IMG/VR virus record: IMGVR_UViG_3300050821_013430
Span: 186,001 to 250,000 of that record
Length of the DNA stretch: 64,000 nucleotides
Reading direction: 5' to 3' (one strand)
Positions 1 through 10,133 of the stretch are shown one piece after another. The notes under the pieces are model-generated. The model did not search any database, was not told the origin of the DNA, and saw only the letters and a program-made list of their open reading frames with translations. Every line of letters starts with the position of its first letter. Position 1 is the first letter of the stretch. A program made the position numbers and the translations under genes.

Positions 1-488
1 CAACTTGTACATAGTCGTTTTTCAACTACACCATCGGAAAAAATCTTACCATTTTTGATAAAATCAAGATTTTTTGTTCTATAACCTTCAGATAATGCTT
101 GAGCGGCCAGGCATACAACTCTCTTCATATTTGATGAAGAAAAGGGAGGCAGATGTTCATTAGTCAAAATTTGATCAGGTTTTAAACAGAAAAAGCATGT
201 ACCCCTGATTTCTTTGTTTTCAATAAATTTATTTTTACTAAAAGAGTTCCATTCATATCCATCTGGTACAGATATATTACATTCATATAACTTATGCGCT
301 GGCAAAAATTCCGTATTGCCATACCTTTGATCATATTGGGAATGCAATTTTTTACTAAATTCAGTATAAATGTATGAATTAGGAATTAATATTCCGCTAG
401 AATTCAGAATCCATTTATGTTTTTTTAAATAGTGATATATTTTTTGCCTATCTATATTAGTATTATAAAAATAATCTGCTACTCTAAT
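1..488 (-). CDS. HNH-type endonuclease, runs off the window edge; not in the ORF track (no ATG)
   Basis: Manual translation of an open frame: ...TCFFCLKPDQILTNEHLPPFS...KRLCTS(C), i.e. CxxC, HxxP and LCxxC of HNH/zinc-finger nucleases. Possible ATT start 6 nt after GGAG. Confidence 0.55.
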   Translation of the reverse strand, partial: MRVADYFYNTNIDRQKIYHYLKKHKWILNSSGILIPNSYIYTEFSKKLHSQYDQRYGNTEFLPAHKLYECNISVPDGYEWNSFSKNKFIENKEIRGTCFFCLKPDQILTNEHLPPFSSSNMKRVVCLAAQALSEGYRTKNLDFIKNGKIFSDGVVEKRLCTS

Positions 489-508
489 GTTTTACTCCAT
501 ATAGATAA

Positions 509-1513
509 TTATTTATTATCTAATAATAGTTTTTCTTTTTTCGCTTCTTTCATGTCATAAGCCATCATCTCATCTACCAACGCATTAAAATCATATTTGG
601 GCTCCCATCCAAGTTCTTTCCTAATCTTTGACGCGTCTCCGCATAACGCATCCACTTCGGAAGCACGATAATACTTTGGATCAATTTCAACATAATCTCG
701 ATAATCCATATCGAGTTTGCTAAAAACTATCTCAACAAATTCTCTTACTGATCTCATCTCCCCGCTTGCGATAACGAAATCATCTGCTCGGTCTGCCGTA
801 GCGATAAGATACATGGCCTCTGCCATATCGGCAGCGTGCGACCAGTCTCGTTTCGCTTCCAAATTACCAAGATACAATTTCTCTTGCAATCCAAGTTTGA
901 TTCTGCAAGCAGCGGCGGTGATCTTTTTTGAAACGAAGTTCTCGGATCGTCTATATGACTCATGATTAAATGCTATACTGTTAGAAGCATGTAAATTATA
1001 TGCCTCTCTGTAATTTACTGTTGTATGATACGAAGCGATCTTTGCTGTCGCGTATGGGCTTCTTGGATGGAATAAACTTTTTTCACTTTGTAAAGGTGGG
1101 GTCGAGCCAAACATTTCGGATGAAGATGCTTGTAAGAAATGAGTTTTTGGGCTTGTCTTTCTGATTGCTTCTAATACTCTAACCGTTCCCGTTCCCACAA
1201 CATCCATAACATATTCTGGTATTTCAAAAGAAATTTTCACGTGAGACATCGCTGCCATATTGAAAAATAGATCGGGCTTAATATCTCCTATCCAACTAAA
1301 TAACGAAGATGAATCGCCCAAATCACCATAAGTGAGTTCGAGATTTTTCTTCTTCTCTGGTTCGAGTTCGATATGATCAATTCGTTCGGTGTTAAAAACA
1401 CTCGATCGTCGTTTAAGCCCACAAACCTTATATCCTTTGGATAATAGGAGATCGGTTAAAAAACTTCCCGTTTGTCCGGTGATACCAGTGATACATGCTG
1501 TCCCGATAGTCAT
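509..1513 (-). CDS. gmd: GDP-mannose 4,6-dehydratase
   Basis: ITGITGQTGS nucleotide-binding motif, QASSSEMFG, PRSPYATAK (YxxxK), FNHES, LGNLEAKRDW. Confidence 0.95.
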   Translation of the reverse strand: MTIGTACITGITGQTGSFLTDLLLSKGYKVCGLKRRSSVFNTERIDHIELEPEKKKNLELTYGDLGDSSSLFSWIGDIKPDLFFNMAAMSHVKISFEIPEYVMDVVGTGTVRVLEAIRKTSPKTHFLQASSSEMFGSTPPLQSEKSLFHPRSPYATAKIASYHTTVNYREAYNLHASNSIAFNHESYRRSENFVSKKITAAACRIKLGLQEKLYLGNLEAKRDWSHAADMAEAMYLIATADRADDFVIASGEMRSVREFVEIVFSKLDMDYRDYVEIDPKYYRASEVDALCGDASKIRKELGWEPKYDFNALVDEMMAYDMKEAKKEKLLLDNK

Positions 1514-2619
1514 TTAATTTCCTTCCGTATTTCTTTCCAATCATTTTCCCAAATAGTAATTATGTTATATCCCGCTTCTTTTAACAAAATTTCTCTTTGC
1601 TTAGTATTTTTAAATAACTCACCAAATGAACGTTTGTTGGATAAGTTTGTTTCATTTTCTGAAAAGACTTTTGGATTACCATGCCAATAATCGCCATAAA
1701 ATTCATAAATAGTATTTGTATGAGGATCAAACGCATCTGGTTTAATAGTTTGTTTTCCTATTTTCATCTTTTTAGGATGGCGATATTCTTGCGGAATATT
1801 TAAATAATCTAACCATTCCATTTCTATTTTAGAAATATTTGAAAAACATTCGGGACATCCAGTTCCACGCAAATGATTGTACGGGGCTTGTGAAAAATCG
1901 CCATGTTTAGGACATATTATTATTACGTGTTCATGAGAATGAGTATAAATTGCTTTACTATATAAGTAGTAATCGTTATGTCTGATATTGGCTTGTTCAA
2001 TAAATTCTTGTGTCGTAAGAGTCAGTTTTTGATTGGCTTCTTCCCTACTACATCCAGGACACTTCGCGCCGCTCAAATGATCATTCGGGGCCTGTTTAAA
2101 TTCACCATGAATATGACAATAAATAATGACTGTTATCTTATTAGTTTCATAAACAACTTGTTCATATCCGTATTTATTGTTATGTTTTTCATTTGCTCTA
2201 CGAATAAAATCTTCTCTACCAATTTTACTAGCATCTATTGCGCATAGATTGCATCCTTTTCCTTTAAGATGACCGCTCGCGCGCTGTTTGAATTTTCCAT
2301 GTATTCGACAAATTACAATTATTTTTTCTTTACTTTGACCATAAATTGTTTCACTATAATCGTATAGTGATCCATGAATTTGTTTGGCTTTTAAAATAAA
2401 TTCTTTCGTATTTGAATTTTGTTCTTCGTATTTGCATTTAGAACAACCATGCCCTATAACATGGGATACGGCTCTTTGCCAAAAACTACCATGAATCTGG
2501 CAAATTATTTCTATTTTGGAAAGTGCGCCCCGATAATCCGCCTTACTATAATTAAATTTGTCTCCGTGAATCGTACGGGCTTTTTCTATAAATTCCTCTT
2601 TTGTTCCACGCCTCGACAT
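1510..2619 (-). CDS. Putative homing endonuclease with 4 zinc-binding DUF723-like repeats and C-terminal PD-(D/E)XK-like domain
   Basis: Four repeats YSxxxY...IxCxxHGxFxQ...HxxGxxCxxC; C-terminal KPDAFD...YEFYGDYWHGNP; AT-rich. Confidence 0.7.
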   Translation of the reverse strand: MSRRGTKEEFIEKARTIHGDKFNYSKADYRGALSKIEIICQIHGSFWQRAVSHVIGHGCSKCKYEEQNSNTKEFILKAKQIHGSLYDYSETIYGQSKEKIIVICRIHGKFKQRASGHLKGKGCNLCAIDASKIGREDFIRRANEKHNNKYGYEQVVYETNKITVIIYCHIHGEFKQAPNDHLSGAKCPGCSREEANQKLTLTTQEFIEQANIRHNDYYLYSKAIYTHSHEHVIIICPKHGDFSQAPYNHLRGTGCPECFSNISKIEMEWLDYLNIPQEYRHPKKMKIGKQTIKPDAFDPHTNTIYEFYGDYWHGNPKVFSENETNLSNKRSFGELFKNTKQREILLKEAGYNIITIWENDWKEIRKEIK

Positions 2620-2621
2620 TT

Positions 2622-3758
2622 TTACTCTATATTCGTCAAATATTCATCCAATGTTTTCAGGATATGCTTTTGTTCCCATTTTGATAATTCAGGAAACGAA
2701 GGTAATATCAAACATTCCTTATTCAATCGGTCTGCGTTAGTGCAGTCCCCATCCCATATATCCGGATGATTCTGCAAATGTTTATGCGCCTTGATAGAAT
2801 AAAACATTGGTCTTACTTCGATCCCTTTTTCTCTGAAAAAGGCATCAGCAGCCTCAAATGATTTTTGTTTTGGGATACGGACACCAAACATCCAGTTGGC
2901 GTGAGTAGTTTCTTTTGGAATTGCCTGCATCCGAACATCCTCACGATCTTTGAGATGATTTCGATAGGTCTCGAAAATATTGGCTTTCATTTCTTGAATT
3001 TGAGGTAAGATTTCTAATTGCCCCACGAGAAGGCCAGCCTGCACATTCGTAATGCGGTAATTATAACCCAACTCATTATGAATAAATTTCTTACTTGATT
3101 GCCCTTGTCCTTGGACACATTTGGCAAATTCATAAGCATCCACATCGTTGGTGATGAATGCCCCTCCTTCACCACTCGTAATATTTTTATTGGAAAAGAA
3201 AGAAATGGCGGAAGCAAAAGAAGCAGTACCGGTTTGTTTGTCTTCGTAAGTGCCGAGAAAACCCTCACAATTATCCTCAACGAAAAGGGTCTCGGGGTAT
3301 TTGCGTTGTAGAGCAGGGACGTTGAGAATATTTCCGATGTTATGAACAACGAGTACGGAAGCGTCCGGATATTTTTTGATAGCAGCGTCCAAAAGATTTA
3401 GATCGTAGTTCCAAGTGTTTAGATCGGCATCAACAGGAATAAGAAAAAAATCTCCCCGATCAAAAAGAAAAGCATTCCAAGCGGCGACGTAAACGTTATT
3501 GGGAACAATTAGTTTTTGGAAGAAGGGCGAAAGTTTGAGTTCGACTTGCCAGTAACGAGTAAGCTCTTTGGCCATCAGGTGGCACGCTACTGTTCCGTTG
3601 AAAACTGGCAGAACATATTTGACATCGAGAAGTTCTTGTAGTTTCTCTTGCATCATCTGAACATACTTACCATGGAATGAAATCCAACCAGAATCGAGGG
3701 CATCGTGAGCATATTTCAATGAGGAGGGTGGCAAAAAGGGTTTATGAATAGGGATCAT
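2622..3758 (-). CDS. DegT/DnrJ/EryC1/StrS PLP aminotransferase (perosamine synthase-like)
   Basis: FNGTVACHL, EDNCEG, SFFSNKNITSGEGG (PLP lysine), GYNYRITNVQA; adjacent to gmd. Confidence 0.9.
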   Translation of the reverse strand: MIPIHKPFLPPSSLKYAHDALDSGWISFHGKYVQMMQEKLQELLDVKYVLPVFNGTVACHLMAKELTRYWQVELKLSPFFQKLIVPNNVYVAAWNAFLFDRGDFFLIPVDADLNTWNYDLNLLDAAIKKYPDASVLVVHNIGNILNVPALQRKYPETLFVEDNCEGFLGTYEDKQTGTASFASAISFFSNKNITSGEGGAFITNDVDAYEFAKCVQGQGQSSKKFIHNELGYNYRITNVQAGLLVGQLEILPQIQEMKANIFETYRNHLKDREDVRMQAIPKETTHANWMFGVRIPKQKSFEAADAFFREKGIEVRPMFYSIKAHKHLQNHPDIWDGDCTNADRLNKECLILPSFPELSKWEQKHILKTLDEYLTNIE

Positions 3759-3764
3759 TTTTAT

Positions 3765-4442
3765 TTATACCTGATCAAACTTTATCACTTCTGGGTCTTG
3801 ATCTTTTATTAAATACTTATATGTAAGTCCGGCTTTTTCGCATATTATATCCAATGATTTGCCTTCGAAAAAGAATAAATGAAATTTGGTAAATTCATAA
3901 CAATACTTATAGCAAGGCGTTGAATGCACCATACTTGCACCTGGTTTAAGCAAGGATTTCATCAATCTTAATTCACTAATTGGGTCTTGCAGGTGTTCTA
4001 ATAAATTATGAGAAATGATACCGTCAAATTTTATTTCATTTATTTTTTCTTTACTTAGCGTATCTATTTTCATAAATGGATCGTAATTTAATAATGTATA
4101 TCCTAACTCTTTCGCTTTATTTCCTGCTGGGGAAATTTGACTTCCCCAATTTAAATATATACCATTTGGATTTGGGCTAAGCGCTAATAAATTGGCAACC
4201 TCACGCATAATCGAAGCCTCATCGCCATCACGATATCCACTATCAAATACTTTTTGATATGCTTCACCCAATTTTTCTTTGGATAGATTTAACATTTGTT
4301 GCGTTCCAAAAATAACACCACAATCTGGACATTTATGTCTTACTAGGTGTTGATCTAATCCATCTATTGGTAAAAATAGACAATCACTCTCCAAAATACC
4401 AAAAGTATCTCCTTGATATTGGCAAATTGGACAAATCATCAT
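3765..4442 (-). CDS. Class I SAM-dependent methyltransferase-like protein with N-terminal CxxC pairs
   Basis: CPIC/CPDC N-terminus; FDGIISHNLLEHLQDP...LLKPG motif. Confidence 0.65.
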   Translation of the reverse strand: MMICPICQYQGDTFGILESDCLFLPIDGLDQHLVRHKCPDCGVIFGTQQMLNLSKEKLGEAYQKVFDSGYRDGDEASIMREVANLLALSPNPNGIYLNWGSQISPAGNKAKELGYTLLNYDPFMKIDTLSKEKINEIKFDGIISHNLLEHLQDPISELRLMKSLLKPGASMVHSTPCYKYCYEFTKFHLFFFEGKSLDIICEKAGLTYKYLIKDQDPEVIKFDQV

Positions 4443-5107
4443 TTTATTCTAATAGCAATACCAACGCCCGGCTCCGATACTGTATAAGCGTGATACTCAA
4501 AATTTGTATATAACTGTTGTATATCTCTAAATACTTGATCTAAATGTCCGCCATGATTTGGATTCAACACAATATCATCAAATAATAATATACCGCCAAT
4601 ATTGAGCCGTGACATTGTATTATTGAGATCATCGCGCGCCCCGTTATCTGAATGATCCCCATCTACCAAAATTAGGTCGAACATCATTTCAGGATTTTTC
4701 TGGAAAAATTCAGGCACTGTTTGATGGCTATTTCCATTGAAAAAATGGATTTCTTTCTGATATCCTAATTTCTTCATTTCTCTGGCAACAAAGTCTGGGC
4801 CCGGATTAGGAGAATTGCAATAGTCAGGCTCCCACACATCAAAACAATATAATTCGCATTCGGGAGCAGCAACGGCGACCATACCCAATGACCACCCGCG
4901 GCGAGTACCAATTTCTAAATAATTTTTTGGTTTTAGAAGTTTAGCGGCCCAAGCAACAAACCCACGGGTTTCACCCCACCCCGCGTTGAGCATACTTATT
5001 AAATAGGGCCCTATAACCTGATCTTCTTCCATTGCTGTTATGATATCTTTGACAAAAAGAATGTTATTGGGATCACGAACTCCCGTGAATATTTGTTCGG
5101 ATTCCAT
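4439..5107 (-). CDS. Class I SAM-dependent methyltransferase (Methyltransf_24-like)
   Basis: YLEIGTRRGWS, FDLILVDGDHS, GGILLFDD. Confidence 0.8.
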   Translation of the reverse strand: MESEQIFTGVRDPNNILFVKDIITAMEEDQVIGPYLISMLNAGWGETRGFVAWAAKLLKPKNYLEIGTRRGWSLGMVAVAAPECELYCFDVWEPDYCNSPNPGPDFVAREMKKLGYQKEIHFFNGNSHQTVPEFFQKNPEMMFDLILVDGDHSDNGARDDLNNTMSRLNIGGILLFDDIVLNPNHGGHLDQVFRDIQQLYTNFEYHAYTVSEPGVGIAIRIK

Positions 5108-5126
5108 TTAGGCCTTATATAAATGT

Positions 5127-5957
5127 CTAATTTGTATATAAACTTTTCAATTTCTGAATAAATTGAAACCAATTTTTGGCTATATACGCGGTATCATACT
5201 GAGAATTACCAATCAAATTAACCACCGCATCATTATCATCTCTATACCCAATAGTATTAGCAACTGCCAATGGCATCCATAAATTGCCCCCAATACCAAT
5301 AGAAATGACAAACTTAGACTCCTTCATAATAAGGCAGTCTTGTTGAATTTGTTTTAGTGTAGGAACGGTAACGCCCAATGCGGGAATAGTCAAATCTATA
5401 ATTCGATCATTTGGAATATTTTCTATTATTTGATCATAGATACAAAAGATAGAGCTTCTATTTACACTAACATCGTATTCTTTATTTTTTTCTATTTCTC
5501 TTTCCCCCAAAACAACGATTTTATATCTCTGAGAAATTTTTTGTAATACTTCCCATAAAGTGGGAGATAGTTTAGTAAATACAGATTTTAGTATGCCTCT
5601 AATTTTTGTGGTCAAAACTATATACTCTCCTCCCAAATTTAGAGAAGTGCCTTTACATAACAAATGAGATAGATTAGGGGTTTTAGGAGGTGTTCCTAAA
5701 TTAGTGAGAGTATTAACGGTATGTATAACCGTATGATTGAAATGATCAAAAGCATATGGTGGTTCGGTGAATAATAGATTTCCCAACTCATCCAAAAACT
5801 GATAATATTTCGGATCACCTTTTCTCCAAAAATCTACAATTTTCCTATCATGAGAAATTCTAATTTCCTCATATTCGTGCTTTACGGCATCAAAAAATAT
5901 TCTAATAACAAGGCTATCTCCGAGACCCCCGGCTATTGTTAGTGCGGTTTTTTTCAT
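5127..5957 (-). CDS. GT9 (heptosyltransferase)-like glycosyltransferase paralog 1
   Basis: N-terminal GGLGD; shares LCKG...EYIVxTTKxR and DLTIPALG...QIQQDCLIM...GxGGN blocks with the next two genes. Confidence 0.45.
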   Translation of the reverse strand: MKKTALTIAGGLGDSLVIRIFFDAVKHEYEEIRISHDRKIVDFWRKGDPKYYQFLDELGNLLFTEPPYAFDHFNHTVIHTVNTLTNLGTPPKTPNLSHLLCKGTSLNLGGEYIVLTTKIRGILKSVFTKLSPTLWEVLQKISQRYKIVVLGEREIEKNKEYDVSVNRSSIFCIYDQIIENIPNDRIIDLTIPALGVTVPTLKQIQQDCLIMKESKFVISIGIGGNLWMPLAVANTIGYRDDNDAVVNLIGNSQYDTAYIAKNWFQFIQKLKSLYTN

Positions 5958-6805
5958 AGATATTTTTTTAGTGTTTTAATAAAATGCAGCCAATTTTTAG
6001 TAACTATCGCATTGGGATATTCTTTACTATATATAATATCCGCGAATATAGCGGTGTCAGTTCTAAATCCTATTACCATTTTTGCTACCGATTGGGCCAT
6101 GCAAGTATTACCGCCAATGCCAAGAGTGATACAAAATTTAGCTTCATTCATAATAAGACAATCTTGTTGTATCTGCGTTATATCAGATACTGTTTCCCCA
6201 AGTGCTGGGACAGTTAAATCCACGATACGATCGGCTGGTAGATTAGCTATAATTTGTTCATAAATCCCAAACACTGAGGATTTAATATTGTCATATTCTT
6301 TACGCATTTCTACAACACGTTCCCCTAAAACAACTATTTTATATTTTTTAGATAGTTCTCGTAGCACTTTCCATAATTCTACCGAGAGAGGAAGAAAAAG
6401 ATATTTCTCTAATTGCCTTAATTTAGTAGTAATAACTATATACTCTTCTCCTAAATTGAGAGGAGCGCCTTTACATAGGAAATGGGCCATTTCCGCTTTT
6501 TGCGGTGTTAATCCTAATTTTTGTACTAAGACGCCACAATCTCCACCATAAACAGGCGAATCTAGCTCTAATATATAAGGAGGTTCTGAAAAAAATAATT
6601 TGCCAAGATCTGCTAAAAGTTTATCCCATAATTGCTTTTTATGTGGCCAATCTGGCGCTTCCATATGCAAACCGCCCTCCCATAATTTGGTATGGAAACT
6701 TAATTTGATTTGGTCGTATTGATTTTTAATAAGATCCAAATGATATTTTATATTTATAATTTCCCCAAGGGAAGTTGGTATTCCCCCATAATCTAAAACT
6801 CTCAT
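5954..6805 (-). CDS. GT9-like glycosyltransferase paralog 2
   Basis: Same conserved blocks; TSLGE in place of GLGD. Confidence 0.45.
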   Translation of the reverse strand: MRVLDYGGIPTSLGEIINIKYHLDLIKNQYDQIKLSFHTKLWEGGLHMEAPDWPHKKQLWDKLLADLGKLFFSEPPYILELDSPVYGGDCGVLVQKLGLTPQKAEMAHFLCKGAPLNLGEEYIVITTKLRQLEKYLFLPLSVELWKVLRELSKKYKIVVLGERVVEMRKEYDNIKSSVFGIYEQIIANLPADRIVDLTVPALGETVSDITQIQQDCLIMNEAKFCITLGIGGNTCMAQSVAKMVIGFRTDTAIFADIIYSKEYPNAIVTKNWLHFIKTLKKYL

Positions 6806-7632
6806 TATGATCCTTCCAATGTTTTGATAAATTCATCCCAATTTTTGAATATTTTTGCAGAAGTGAAATTAGGATTTAGAATTATATCAGCAGCATAATC
6901 ATTATCTGTTTCGTTCCTATAACCAATTACTTTATTACCTGCCGTTGCAGCGAGCCAAACATTACCACCAAGGCCTAAGGTTATAATAAATTTTGCCCGC
7001 TGCATGATCAATCCATCTTGTTGTATTTGCGGTAATGTGGGCGCCGTGACTCCTAATGCCGGAATAGTCAAATCTATTACACGATCTGTCGGAAGGTTGG
7101 TTATAATTTGATCATAAATTCCATAGGCTAAATCCATAAAATGTCCGTATTCAACATTTTTTTCTACTTCTCTTTCTCCTAAAATAACTATTTTGTATTT
7201 AGTAGATAGTTTTTGTAATACTTTCCATAATTTGATAAGCATTGGAAGTATTTTTTTTCTTGATATTGCTCTAATTTTAGTAGTAATAACCACATACTCT
7301 TCATCTATACTAATCGGAGTTCCCTTACATAAAAGATGCTGTAATTTTGGTTTGGTAACAGGGACAGAAAGACTTTTTACCGTATTTAGAGTATGAATGG
7401 CTTGATAAGCATTATGATCGAAAATATATGGAGGCTCTGTAAATAATAAAGTCCCTATATCATCTAAGAATTTTAGATAAGCGCTATCGCCATTTTTATG
7501 GTGGCGAATAACATTTTTGTCATGCGAAATCTTAATCAAATTATATTCATGTTTTACTGTATCAAAAATGATACGAGCGACGATATTATCGCCCAAACCT
7601 AAACAGATTGATGTAGATATCTGTTTCATCAA
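6805..7632 (-). CDS. GT9-like glycosyltransferase paralog 3
   Basis: LGLGD N-terminus and same conserved blocks. Confidence 0.45.
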   Translation of the reverse strand: MMKQISTSICLGLGDNIVARIIFDTVKHEYNLIKISHDKNVIRHHKNGDSAYLKFLDDIGTLLFTEPPYIFDHNAYQAIHTLNTVKSLSVPVTKPKLQHLLCKGTPISIDEEYVVITTKIRAISRKKILPMLIKLWKVLQKLSTKYKIVILGEREVEKNVEYGHFMDLAYGIYDQIITNLPTDRVIDLTIPALGVTAPTLPQIQQDGLIMQRAKFIITLGLGGNVWLAATAGNKVIGYRNETDNDYAADIILNPNFTSAKIFKNWDEFIKTLEGS

Positions 7633-7934
7633 TATGTTTTATGTTGATCTTGTATAAATGATCCATTATCCAAATCTTGTGTTTTAGAAACCATAATCAT
7701 TTCTACTACTTTTTTATCTACTTCCAAAATGATCTGCTGCCTTTGCACGTTTAGATCGCAAGACTTCTTGAAAGCATCAAAAAGTTTTGCAAGTCCAACA
7801 TCATCGCTACCGTATGTGGTCTTGAATTCGTCGAAAGTCATTCTTCGTATAGCATACAAATTTTCTTGTACCATAAACATTTTTTGATTTATTGTTGCTA
7901 ATTTGTCAATGAGCGATCCAAGTGTATCTGACAT
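7629..7934 (-). CDS. Small helical protein, DUF4254-like
   Basis: TLGSLIDKLATIN resembles the DUF4254 'GSxIDxLSI' motif; coupled by stop/start overlap. Confidence 0.4.
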   Translation of the reverse strand: MSDTLGSLIDKLATINQKMFMVQENLYAIRRMTFDEFKTTYGSDDVGLAKLFDAFKKSCDLNVQRQQIILEVDKKVVEMIMVSKTQDLDNGSFIQDQHKTY

Positions 7935-7946
7935 AATATTCTCCGT

Positions 7947-8567
7947 CTATTTTCTTATTAGTTTTTTGGCAGGTATCCCCACATAAATACCAGGATCTAC
8001 TATATCCTTGGCTACACAAGCAGCGGCACCAATTACAACATTATTGCAAATATCAATACTTTCAATAGAGGAGGCGTTGGTGCCAAAATAAACACATTCC
8101 CCCGCATTTACTTTCCCACTAATATGCACGCCCGGGGCAGTGGTGAAAAACTGGCCAGTCGTGGTATCATGCCCGATAGTAGTGGCCAAATTTAGTTGGG
8201 ACCAAGCTCCCAATTTTACATCACAAGTAATAATGCAATTGGCACAAACAACGGAGCCATAGCCTATCTCAATGGTTTTAGACATCAAATTGGCTGAGGG
8301 CGAAATCAATGTCTCAAAAATATCTTCCGTTCTATGACGGTCTCGTATTTTAGACACTATCTTTTTTCTAAGTTGGGAGTCTCCTACCGCTATCACGGCG
8401 TAGTGTTTAGTCGGATCAAAATATTCTTCTGATTCTATTTTCTTATCGCAACAATATCCACCATATTCAACATCAATAAATGCCTCTACTTCTTTACCAC
8501 ATTGATTGGCTAACCAAAAAACTTCTTTGGCAAATCCACCCGATCCGAATATACAAATTTTCTTCAT
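7947..8567 (-). CDS. Sugar acetyltransferase, NeuD/PglD/PerB family (left-handed beta-helix)
   Basis: IFGSGGFAKEV, VIAVGD, hexapeptide repeats IGYGSVV/IGHDTT, YVGIPAK. Confidence 0.88.
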   Translation of the reverse strand: MKKICIFGSGGFAKEVFWLANQCGKEVEAFIDVEYGGYCCDKKIESEEYFDPTKHYAVIAVGDSQLRKKIVSKIRDRHRTEDIFETLISPSANLMSKTIEIGYGSVVCANCIITCDVKLGAWSQLNLATTIGHDTTTGQFFTTAPGVHISGKVNAGECVYFGTNASSIESIDICNNVVIGAAACVAKDIVDPGIYVGIPAKKLIRK

Positions 8568-9214
8568 CTTGAATAAACCGGTTTTGGAACACCATTATCC
8601 ATATCTTTGATGCTTGGCAAAATTCTTACATTGCCATCAATATCATCACAATCAAAAGCCACAATCATCAATCGTAATCCTTTTGATTGTACAACGCTAG
8701 AGGCCCTATGCAAATCTCTCGCAGTATATTCTATCATTTGATTTTTTGGTGCAGAAACGATATCATGGGGTTCTCCTAATTTTTTAGAAAGAGCATTGTC
8801 CCATAAATCCCATTTTTCTTTTGTATCTTTGGTTTCTAAATTATTGGGCAATTCCATTGGCGTATCAATAAATTCAGTAGAAGGCCCCGCCCCCCATGAA
8901 ATTACCATCAAATGAAATTCATCATGATTTTTAGCATAGACCTTTTTATCTAAAAGTCTAACATTATAGTCCGTATGCCAGTGTTTTCCATCGATACCGG
9001 CCTCGCCCGCTCTAAAATCTTGGGGTCTAATTTGGAGAATATTTTTCCGACCATCAAATGGAAACTGATCTAAAAGATCAATAAGAAATTTAGGAGCACC
9101 GGAAGTCTTGACTTGATCATAACTCATTGCAAAATAATGCGGACAATTATAGATATCTTCCTGGGCTGGGGCCTCAATAATTTTAGTGAATTTATGAGTT
9201 GTATTATAGAGCAT
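8564..9214 (-). CDS. Putative 2OG-Fe(II) dioxygenase-like protein
   Basis: WHTD (HxD) plus distal LHRA...LR pattern of double-stranded beta-helix oxygenases. Confidence 0.4.
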   Translation of the reverse strand: MLYNTTHKFTKIIEAPAQEDIYNCPHYFAMSYDQVKTSGAPKFLIDLLDQFPFDGRKNILQIRPQDFRAGEAGIDGKHWHTDYNVRLLDKKVYAKNHDEFHLMVISWGAGPSTEFIDTPMELPNNLETKDTKEKWDLWDNALSKKLGEPHDIVSAPKNQMIEYTARDLHRASSVVQSKGLRLMIVAFDCDDIDGNVRILPSIKDMDNGVPKPVYSR

Positions 9215-10133
9215 TTGCTAACCTTTCATCTAACATATTCAATACTTTTTTAGTATTAGTTTCGGTCGAAAGCGAAAATTCTGCTGAATACTTCACTTTA
9301 TCTTGCAACATCGTGCTTAGCCAAAATTGCTCTGGTTTTTTCGGCATCACAATCGGTTTGACGAAACCAATAAATTTGACCTTCCGCTTGAACAAATTTT
9401 CCTGAGTAAGAGCAAAAGTCCATACACCAGAAGCCCGTCCGATGATGGTATCGCAGTGAGTGCTGAGAAAAGAAACCTCATTTAGATCGGATAATTGTTT
9501 ATCTTTCTTCTTGATAATGTTGGAAGTATAAACTACATTGTCCGGCAATTTGATATTAGCACCCTTGGACAAGATGAAAATCTTATCCATATGTTTCTTG
9601 GCCAATTCGGCAATAATGGGGGCCATATCAAAATTGACCGCCTGATTGGAAGCGGCAGCACCGTTCTCAATCAAAATCTTGGGGCCAGTATGTTCCTCTA
9701 ACCACCTCTGAGTTTCCTCAATCTCAAACTTAGAATAGTCAATGGCAGGAAAGAAATCGGATACCTCAGTCGAGATATCGGATAGTGAAAATTCCCATAA
9801 TTTTTTGCAGGTATCGTCGAAGGCTTCGTAGAGGCTATCGATGGTCAGCCCATATTTCCGAAAGTATTTCAATCCTTGCTGGCAGTACCAGGTATTGACA
9901 TAAACATCATCGCCCAATCTAATAAAATTGGCATATTGATCGACATTTTTATAGGCGAGCGGATCGTAGCCGAGATTTGGAATATCCGAGAGTAAATTGA
10001 ATGGGTTTGGATGTGAATAGGTAAATGTTGTTTCGGGGCACTGCTCTTTGACCTTTTGCATAATCAAACGAACAAATGATCTCCCGGTATGAATATCCCC
10101 CCGGTGATGGTGGGAAAAGAACACAATTCTCAT
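9204..10133 (-). CDS. Putative GT-B fold glycosyltransferase-like protein
   Basis: HRGDIHTGRSFV N-terminus, DLNEVSFLSTHCDTIIGRASG C-terminal block; cluster context. Confidence 0.35.
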   Translation of the reverse strand: MRIVFFSHHHRGDIHTGRSFVRLIMQKVKEQCPETTFTYSHPNPFNLLSDIPNLGYDPLAYKNVDQYANFIRLGDDVYVNTWYCQQGLKYFRKYGLTIDSLYEAFDDTCKKLWEFSLSDISTEVSDFFPAIDYSKFEIEETQRWLEEHTGPKILIENGAAASNQAVNFDMAPIIAELAKKHMDKIFILSKGANIKLPDNVVYTSNIIKKKDKQLSDLNEVSFLSTHCDTIIGRASGVWTFALTQENLFKRKVKFIGFVKPIVMPKKPEQFWLSTMLQDKVKYSAEFSLSTETNTKKVLNMLDERLANAL

